The translations under genes and the position numbers were made by a program. Shown piece by piece: positions 27,975 to 36,631 of a DNA stretch of 64,000 nucleotides (position 1 is the stretch's first letter; each line of letters starts with the position of its first letter). This DNA is from Heteronotia binoei (lineage: Eukaryota). The stretch is taken from NCBI RefSeq assembly GCF_032191835.1, contig NC_083236.1:11098001-11162000 (forward strand), given 5' to 3'. Below the pieces are notes generated by a model. It saw only the letters and a program-made list of their open reading frames with translations. It was not told the origin of the DNA and ran no database searches.

Positions 27975-28190
27975 GCAAGATTTGAGCTCATGGCACCTTA
28001 CAAACCAACAGAATCTCCAGGGTAGAAGCTTTTGCTTCTTTCATCAGATGATCTACAGATCTGACAAAGGGAGCTTTGACTCTCAAAAGCAAAGATGCTG
28101 GAAATCTTGTTAGTCTCTAAAGTACGTCTGGATTCAAATCTTGCTCTTCTGCTGAAGACCAAAACAGCTACCAACCTGAAACTGTCATTA
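27975..28190. mobile_element. Inverted Penelope-like terminal-repeat remnant
   Basis: Homologous to 11745-11970; CTGATGA on the minus strand at 28041-28047. Confidence 0.55.
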
Positions 28191-28497
28191 TATTAGAAAA
28201 ATATATATGGATTTGGAGGCGGGGGAGGGAATGATAAATTGGAATATTATTCTAATATTGAATTTTACAGCATGGAAAAATTATCAGCTATGAGTAAAAA
28301 GGCAATAGCTGTATACCTTTAATTGTCAGGTATAGATGTGTTTATTGCTGATCAACTAGTATAGTGGTACAAAACTAAAAAAATGTGTATTGCTTCTTAC
28401 TATTTTGTATTTTTTCTGAGTAGCTTCTCATACTGACATATAGTCTAATCTGATAATTTGTTTTAAGATTTCTTTTTTTATTATTTTTTTATTGTAG

Positions 28498-28621
28498 CCG
28501 TGAAACTCACAAGATTGCAGTGTTTTACATTGCTGAAGGACAAGAAGATAAATGTTCCATTTTGTCCAACCCAAGAGGTAGCCAAGCCTATGAAGATTTT
28601 GTGGCTGGACTAGGTTGGGAG
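28498..28621 (+). CDS. RALGAPA2: RALGAPA2 coding exon, start of Rap/Ran-GAP domain ([18 protein letters not shown]...[11 protein letters not shown])
   Basis: T-rich tract then tgtAG acceptor, gag|GTAACC donor. 124 nt, phase 2 to 0. Confidence 0.97.
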
Positions 28622-28749
28622 GTAACCTGTTTTTCAGACATCTAGTTTAGTGATAGTAAGATGAGTGTATGCTTCTGATTTAACTGATTGCCATGTTCTT
28701 GGATGAGGTAGCAATTTCCTGCCAGTTCAGATAAACTGATTGTCTGTTT

Positions 28750-28937
28750 CCTTCATTTATACCCTGCTTTTCTCCCCATTGTTCTTCTCACCTCCAAAAT
28801 AAACCTCTGAAGTAGATGAGGCTGAGTGTGTGTGAGTGGCCCAAGGTCACCCAGCAAGTTTCTATGGCAGAGTGAGGATCTGAACCTGTGTCTCACAAAT
28901 CCTAGTCTGACACTCTTAACCATTTTACCATACTGGT
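28750..28937 (-). mobile_element. Older tRNA-derived SINE (Squam3-related)
   Basis: tggcccaaggtcacccagcaagtt...gaacc...cttaacca head on the minus strand. Confidence 0.65.
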
Positions 28938-29614
28938 TCTGTTGAGTAAGACCTGGAGGGGAAAGAGTATCTGCCCCTATAATGCACTGTTCGAATCAGT
29001 TGAAGTGTTTTTCATTTTTGATATCTTTAGTCTTCATCTCCTTTGTGTTGCTGTTTCTGGTAAGTCATGAATAAATGTTGGGAGGGGAATGATGTATGAT
29101 GGATCCTGCTATGTGCCCCATGAATTACATTTTTAAAAAATGTTACTTAAATGTTTGATTGAAAAACATACATGTGCTTTCTGTGGTGCAAAGTAACATA
29201 ACCAAAAAAGCTTTTAATTGAAGATATAACTATAGAGGTAAGATTGCAAAATAAACTGCATGCCAAGTATCCTTTTCAACAGGATCAGTCAAGTATATAT
29301 TAACACAAATTATAGGTTTTTAGGTGCAGGCAAAAGCATAACAAATGTTGTGGCATCTGTTTTGTATATAGCTCCATGAAATATTAAGAAACTTCTGTTT
29401 TGTTTTGTTACTAAAGGGGCACTAATTAAATTTTAATGTTAAAAACAAACAGTGTTTCATCTTTAGTGTTGCAGTCACCCTAAAATGTGAATTATATAGA
29501 TCTATGTAAAAGTAAGTCTCAATAATTTTAGTGAAACTCACTGCTGGGTAAGTGTGCGTAGGATTGAAGTTGGAAGGCACATGTAATTCTTCCCTTTCTT
29601 GTTACTTAATTAAG

Positions 29615-29770
29615 GTTGAACTTTCAACTCACTGTGGATTTATGGGTGGCCTTCAGCGAAATGGGAGCACAGGGCAGACAGCACCTTACTATGCTAGTTC
29701 AACAGTGGAAGTTATTTTCCATGTGTGCACACGCATGCCATCTGATTCTGATGATTCACTGACCAAAAAG
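29615..29770 (+). CDS. RALGAPA2: RALGAPA2 coding exon, GAP domain ([26 protein letters not shown]...SLTKK)
   Basis: taAG acceptor and aag|GTAACT donor. 156 nt, phase 0 to 0. Confidence 0.97.
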
Positions 29771-32289
29771 GTAACTGAAAATGGAAAAGTCAAAAAGTGC
29801 AATTTATATTGTTCTCTCTTAAATATATTTGCTCTGGTGAAGCATCCAGGCATAAAACACTCAGGCAGGATGCGTCTTGGATCACAGCAGTTTGTTTTAG
29901 AGCTAAAGAAAACTTGGACAAAAACATCCTTTACAATCTATCAGTGACTCCTCTGAAAGAGTTGTACTAAGGCTAGGATCCAAAACACCCCTCGCTTGTC
30001 TTCAAAAAACCTCCAGGTGACTTATATGTGGAGCCCAGGTAGTCCTGTGTCCAGGAAGCTCACAGGTCTTGTTTAGCTTTGCAATTTAAAAAAATTAATT
30101 TAGAATGTAATTTTTATGATTCGTAATATTAGAATTTAGAAGATTAGGATAGTCTAGTCAACCAAGTATATTTGAGAATTGAAATTTTGTTAGATTCTTT
30201 AGCAGCGTATACGTGTAACGATAACTGTTCACATGTTAATAAGGGCTCCAACCAATTCTGGATCTTATTTTCTTTCCTTTGCCAGCTTCCAGGCACGACA
30301 AGCTTGTCAGCTAAGCAAGTAGTTCAGCATTCTGCTTACTAGCATGACAGAAGGTCAGGCCACCTGCTGGTCAGAAAAGCTGCCTCTAAACGTGACCATT
30401 CAGCAGCAGGCTGTGATCCACAGAATCAGGCAGATGTCATGGGAATACCTAATTATCAAATTCTGTTTTTCTGCAAAAAATAGCTGGCCTCTCACATGCT
30501 TTACCTAAAATAACTACTATGAATAACTGTTGCAGAGTGGCACTGTGGCACCACAGAATAAAATAGTGAGAAAGAGAATTTTTACATTTTGAGCAGCATT
30601 ACTACTGCTACATAGAAAGTACATTTTTGTGCTCATTTAGCACTGTAAAATATGAACCACTATGAAATGGTTGTCCTTAATGAAAGATTTCTTCTGTTGT
30701 AACAAGGGATGGGGCAATACTTTCCAGAACACAAGGATGTATCACTTAGGAGTGCGTTGGGAAGGAGTCATCTTGCAGCCATAATAGACATGAATAGCGG
30801 TAGCAACAACCATAACCATTTCCTGCCCAAATAATTCCTTGTCTGTACCTTTTCAGCAAAAACTTAGCAGCAAAGAGCTTCTTGGTTTGGAAACTGTCCC
30901 CCCCCCCTCCCCACACACACACACACACTGAACTTTTGTTCCTTTACTCGAGAAATTCATTAGTTCTAGCTCGATTAGATTTTTAGCAGCTAATCTTAAC
31001 TGCTGAAGGGGTTTGCGAACAGGAGACAGGGGCTGTGCTATCGGATTTGTTCAATTCATTTGACTCTAGGACTATAATTGCGCTTATGTCTTACAAGGCT
31101 TTTTATAGCCTCAGGCTGGCTGGCAGCAGAAAACAAATTGGCAGTGAATACAGTAAGAGTGAAAGGGAATGAAAGGCACACATTATCAGTCTCCAGGCAA
31201 TGCTGTTCTGGCAGGAAGTTTCTTGGTTAATTTACAAATAAAACTTCGATTTTAGGATGGGCACTTTGTCAGGCAGACAATGGGAATGTCAGGACTGGTC
31301 ATTACTCAGGGAAAGTAGCAGCCAGGCCTGCCCAAAAGCAGAAGTTCTTCAATCACACAGACAACTCCTTTCTGAAGCCAGCTGGCTCCATGATGCAATT
31401 AATAGGAAAAGGAGGTCAGGCTATTAGGTGTGTATCCCATGACCACTATCAGCCAGGGTGTGCTGCCTGCCAGGCAGGAAGCAGAATAGCAAACGCCGAA
31501 TGCCTTTAACGCTATTGAATCAAGTGGCGTATGCAGAATGACACACAACCAGGCCTGGAACATGCAATTGATTTTGTACAGCTTGAGAAATAATAAATTG
31601 CCCAGTAACTGACAAATAGCTTCTGATGCACAGATTGCAGCTAGAGAAATTAAGTTGGAACATGATGGATAACAATGAAATTGAAATTAGACTCCTTGTT
31701 GATCTTTTGTCATGCAAACATGCTCTTTAATCTGTCCCTGATGCATTAAAGACCTATGGGTGTTTACTTTTGAGGTTACATATTGTAAGGAAATATGATT
31801 CATGCTCTTAACCTGCACAGTAGTTATTACTAACATCACTCTATGAAGATCCTCTAAAAACTGTCAAATGGCACAGGGCAAATTACTAGCTAATGACTGC
31901 AATTTACATATCTATTGCCCTTGTTTTAAACACTGGTATCTCCAACATTGCGTTTATAATGGGAATGGTTTTTTAAAAAAATAAAAGGCCTAATATTATG
32001 TATTAAAATAGCTTTGTGATACATTTAGAATTAATGAATGATCTAAAATATTTCTTGTGATGGCAGGATTTCCCAAGCCTTCCTTAACCATTTTTTCTCA
32101 TGAATTGCATTTAAAATCTGCCACAGCTAAAGACTGCCCAATATACCGGAGCCAATTTTTCCTGCTGTTTTTATATTTTGTAAAGTTCTTCTTTCTGACA
32201 ATGCCTCCTAAGTGTTCTCTACATAAGCTTGAACTTACTGGTTGCCTATTTAAACAATTGCTTTCTCTCTTGTCTTGGAAATAGATCAA

Positions 32290-32428
32290 GATGGGTAGCC
32301 GTGTTAGTCTGTCTGTAGCAGTACCGGAAAAAAAAAGCAAGAGTCCAGTAGCACCTTAAAGACTAACAAAATTTGTGGTGAGGGATGAGCTTTTGTGCCA
32401 AAAATGTTGTTAATCTTTAAGATGCTAC
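32290..32428. mobile_element. Inverted Penelope-like terminal-repeat remnant
   Basis: gagtccagtagcaccttaaagactaacaaaattt followed by its partial reverse complement. Confidence 0.65.
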
Positions 32429-33696
32429 TGAACTCTTTCTCTTTTGGGAGATATCCATTTAGATGCTCGTGAACCATCCTGTTCCTTTTAATGTTTCCTC
32501 TAAGCTCCAATTCCATCATCCCATCATCCACATGTTATCTTAAAATGTATCCTTTGTTCCTATCCCTTAACTGATCAAATTTTTCTTTGTGCACTCTTTT
32601 AAATGTAGTGATTAAAGTGGGTGTGTTGCGTCAGTTGTAGATGGATGAGTGCCAGGTATTCATGGTAGACTTCTAATGTCTTCTGTTTGATGGCTTCGGT
32701 TCATGCTGACTCATACTGAGCTCGGGATCCAGGAAGAACTACAAATCATTTTTTTGTAAAACTACTATAAGGCTTCAGAAAAAGCTTTATTTTGATTTTT
32801 TTTTTCCAGCCCAGAGCTCCAAATTTTTCAGGAAATTTGAGATGGTAAAAACAATCCATGATAGTTGTCAAGCGTAAGAGTTACTGTGAATTTGCTGGGC
32901 ACAGTGGCTTGACCCCTGTGGGTCTGTTCCACTGGCAGAAGTACTTTTGTCCAATGAAAGAAGTCTTCGCCTGATGCAAAGAGTAGGGTCCATCAAGGGA
33001 GAGTCTACTTCTGCCAGAGGAAAGCTCATCCAGTAGCAGAACAGAGTCATCCTGGCCTAAGCTCATCCCTTGTCTCTTCCCATCTCTCAAACTTGTGTTC
33101 CTTGCACTTAGAACAAGCCCAGCATGTAACCTGTGTCAACAAAGCCGTGAATTAGGTCTGGTTGAAAGTCAGACAATTGCTTGAGGCGTCAGTGCGGTGG
33201 GAGTGTCTGGAGCAGGTCTCATTTTGGGCAGGAGCAGAGCTCTGGAACCTCTAAATGTTATTGCACTCTTTCTTTCTTACCCCCACCCCCCCACCCCATA
33301 CTGGCTTCTGGGCTCCATTGTTCAAACCCACTGTGAGAATCTTGCTGAACTCTTAAGATTTGACAAAATTTCTAATATTTTTCCCACCAAAAACATAAAA
33401 AAGCAGACAGATGGAAATCTTTTATCATGCTACTGTGGCCATGTAGGAGAAAGTAATTTGGAAAGTATGATGTTTTATTATGTAAGTTATGTTTTGTTAT
33501 GACAGTTATCGTTCAAGAAGCATTTTAAGGCAGATGCTGAGCTGATATAATTTAGTACACCTTCTGGTGTTGTCAGGGATATGTGGCATATGCAAATGAG
33601 TTGTGCTAATGAGCTCTGGCACTTCTTTTTCTATGAAATGACCCCTGGTTTGGAGGATTTACATTTATTTAAAATACTGATCTTCTTCGTGGTCTC

Positions 33697-33863
33697 TGTG
33701 CAGTCCCACACATGGGTCTTGCCGCAGGCAACGGATCCATACCTCGGAGCTCCAATAGCTCGCCTATAACGTCTTTTGGCGCGCTTTCCTCCCGCTCTGG
33801 GGAGCAGGCAGCGACCGCGCATGCCTGGAGCGGGGGGAGAGCGCCCATTCCACTCAGTTTCTT
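33697..33863 (+). repeat. DIRS left inverted terminal repeat (167 bp)
   Basis: Reverse complement of 39832-39998 with one mismatch (cagtcC vs cagtcA); each variant is reproduced in the ICR. Confidence 0.95.
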
Positions 33864-34081
33864 TCCTACCGCCGCCCGGACAACACCTTCCTCGCTGCGT
33901 TCCTCCTTAGCTCGTCCATTACCTACATCTCTTCACCCTTTTTCCTCAACTGGTATCGTATTTTTCTCTTTTATATCTTCGCTTCGTCCCGGAAAATTTA
34001 AAAAAAAAAATAATAATAATACCCGCTTCTGCGCTATCTTTCCCCTTTTCTCCCTTCCCCCCCCTCCCTTGTCCGGAGCGC

Positions 34082-36631
34082 ATGGAAGGGAAAGTTACTT
34101 TCAAAAAGTGCACGCGCTGTGGGACCAAAATCCCTACTACAGACGGCCACAGCCACTGCCTTTTCTGCTTGGGCGAATCTCACCGAGTTGATTCCTGCCC
34201 TCATTGTGCGAACTTCGGAAAGCAGGCCCGGAAAAACCGTGCGGCAAGGCTCCGGAGTTTCCTGATTGAATTGTCCTTAAGGGCTATGCCCGCATCGGAC
34301 TCGCCGCCTCCCCAACAGCAAGCGGGAGATTCGGCTTCTACGGACGTGTCTCTCTCCAAACAGAAACACAAGTCCGATAAAAAGTCTTCGAAGCACGCCG
34401 AGACCGGCCATAAGGCTTCGAAAAAATCGCGCCATCTCGAATCTACGGATCCGGCGCACAAGAAATCTCGTCCTTCCGGATCGGCCGATTCGGCTCCGAA
34501 GAAACTCCACTCGCACTCGGCTCCTAAGAAGCCTCAGGCTCCAACCTCGACTTCGAAGTCTATGGATCCTGCGGCTCCAACACAACCTGCCCTTCCGCCT
34601 GAGTTGTCGGTTCCGTCGGACGTCATCACAGACATGCCCCAACTGACACCTCACACTTCCACAGCAGTGGAGGTCATTCCAGTCCACTCTCGTTCGCCTT
34701 CAGTGCACAGCGTGGTCCCGACCGACTTTCTCGAACCCGATCTCACAACCGAGTCTACGCAGACCTACCTTAAACCTCCGCTTCGAATCGGATCCTTCCG
34801 AGACATCGGGATTTCTCCCCTGTATAAGGACTTCCGAGACATCGGGATTTCTCCCCTGTACAAGGACTCAGCCGCTCAGGCCTCAAACAAGGATCGCTCT
34901 CGCTCACCCTCTCGTCGAGCCCGATCCCCGCTCCTCAAGGGCCGCTCCAGATCACCATGTCGGCGCCGAGACTCCGATTCCTCGGATTACTACCGCGACT
35001 ACTATGCCACTCCCAGATATGACCGTTACTACTCTCGTACCCATCGCCCTTCTCGGTCTCCATCTCTGGAGGGTTCAGGTTATTCCCCTTACCGTTACGA
35101 GGACTCTCCTGCACCCCGCGATCGACTCCGTGACTTCTCCAAACGCCTCCGCGATTCTCCACGGTCTCGAGGTTTCGACCGCGACTTTTCTTCTCCTCGA
35201 CCCCGTGATTACTCTCGAGATCGGATCCGAGAGCCACGCCGTGGCTTCGACCGTGACCTCTATTCTCGATCCCGCGATCAAGATCGGACCCGAGAACATG
35301 ACCATCCTCGGGATCGGATCCGAGAGCTTGACTACTCTCGCTATTCTCCTCGACTCCGTGATAGGCTTCGGGAATGCGCTCGTCTCTCCGAGCTTCAGCG
35401 ATCCCGGGACCACCACCAGCCAGAGGACGCTAGACCGCGCACTCCATCAGCCTCGGTCTCGACTGCCCCGCCGGTCTCCACCCCCACAGACCAACCCGCT
35501 CAGACGGTTAAACCGAAGACTGTTCCTTCGGACCCGATCCGGCCTTCACATCCTCCTTCCCGTGACGATTCCCACTCCGATCATGAATCGTCAGCATCGT
35601 CTGACTCCGAGGACCGCCCTGACTCGGTAGCCTCGGACTCGGTGCCACAACCTCGACTCTCTCCGTCAGATGCGTCCAAGGCCTATCTCCATCTAATAAC
35701 CACCATGGCCGAAGCCCTCAACATTACTCTTCCGTCGGACTCACCTAAGGTCTCGGACGTTGTACACGACCTCGTGCAAACGGACTTCCCACCTGGCTCA
35801 TTGCTCCCTATGCTTCCGGTGCACCTCGAGGGCCTCCGTGAAACCTGGGACAAACCTGCCTCGGTCCCACCAACCGCAAAACGCTTTGACTCTCTTTATA
35901 GAGTTCACGCTCCTGAAGCCAAGTTTCTTGCCTCTCATCCGGCACCCAACTCGATTATCGTACATTCGGCAACTAAGGCCAAGCTGTCCAGACATCCGAC
36001 ACCTCCTGACCGCGAAGGCAGAAAATTAGACACCCTGGCAAGAAAGATGTTCAACCTTGCCTCTACAAATTCTAAACTAAACAATTACTTAGCCTATTTC
36101 TCGGCTTACGTCTTCAACTTGGCCAACCAATTTACACCTCTTATTCCCGCACTTCCTGAACCCTCCCAAAGAACGGCATCTGCCCTGGTATCAGAACTCT
36201 CTAGAGTGTCCAAGCAGCAGATTAACACCATACGCCATGCTGTCTCCTGCTCTTCTAGGGTCTTTGCGTCATCTGTTGCCCTACGTCGCCACGCCTGGCT
36301 GAGGTCCACAAATTTACAACCAGACATTAAACAAAAGATCGAAGACCTTCCCTTCGATGGCCTCGGCCTTTTTCATGCTTCCACTGACGAGGTCCTAGCC
36401 TCGGTGGATGACGGCCGTAAGCGTGCTAAGCGCTTGGGAGTTTCCCAACCGTTCTCCCAGCAGTCCAACCGCGCAAAGCCCTGGAGACCATCTTTTCAAA
36501 GACGCCAAAGGTCACCTAAGCGTCCTGATTTCTGGAAGAGGAAGACTGGGCAGCAGAAACCTCAGTTTCAACAGAGGCCGCGGTCACAACAGCCTAAAAA
36601 GTCCTCCCTTCCTTCTAAACAGTCTCTTTGA
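34082..36631 (+). CDS. DIRS ORF1 Gag-like protein, 849 aa: N-terminal Cys/His zinc finger, central RS/RD-rich region, C-terminal DIRS-Gag (LAP2alpha-like) domain
   Basis: ATG start. CTRC..HSHCLFC..H..C.HC motif. WDKP...KRFDSLY and RRHAWLR...DLPFDG motifs typical of vertebrate DIRS ORF1. Confidence 0.9.
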   Translation: MEGKVTFKKCTRCGTKIPTTDGHSHCLFCLGESHRVDSCPHCANFGKQARKNRAARLRSFLIELSLRAMPASDSPPPQQQAGDSASTDVSLSKQKHKSDKKSSKHAETGHKASKKSRHLESTDPAHKKSRPSGSADSAPKKLHSHSAPKKPQAPTSTSKSMDPAAPTQPALPPELSVPSDVITDMPQLTPHTSTAVEVIPVHSRSPSVHSVVPTDFLEPDLTTESTQTYLKPPLRIGSFRDIGISPLYKDFRDIGISPLYKDSAAQASNKDRSRSPSRRARSPLLKGRSRSPCRRRDSDSSDYYRDYYATPRYDRYYSRTHRPSRSPSLEGSGYSPYRYEDSPAPRDRLRDFSKRLRDSPRSRGFDRDFSSPRPRDYSRDRIREPRRGFDRDLYSRSRDQDRTREHDHPRDRIRELDYSRYSPRLRDRLRECARLSELQRSRDHHQPEDARPRTPSASVSTAPPVSTPTDQPAQTVKPKTVPSDPIRPSHPPSRDDSHSDHESSASSDSEDRPDSVASDSVPQPRLSPSDASKAYLHLITTMAEALNITLPSDSPKVSDVVHDLVQTDFPPGSLLPMLPVHLEGLRETWDKPASVPPTAKRFDSLYRVHAPEAKFLASHPAPNSIIVHSATKAKLSRHPTPPDREGRKLDTLARKMFNLASTNSKLNNYLAYFSAYVFNLANQFTPLIPALPEPSQRTASALVSELSRVSKQQINTIRHAVSCSSRVFASSVALRRHAWLRSTNLQPDIKQKIEDLPFDGLGLFHASTDEVLASVDDGRKRAKRLGVSQPFSQQSNRAKPWRPSFQRRQRSPKRPDFWKRKTGQQKPQFQQRPRSQQPKKSSLPSKQSL

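Noticed and set aside
34201-35630. Antisense and alternate-frame ORFs within gag (86-208 aa)
   Set aside because: Expected by-products of GC-rich repetitive coding sequence; no motifs and not continuous.
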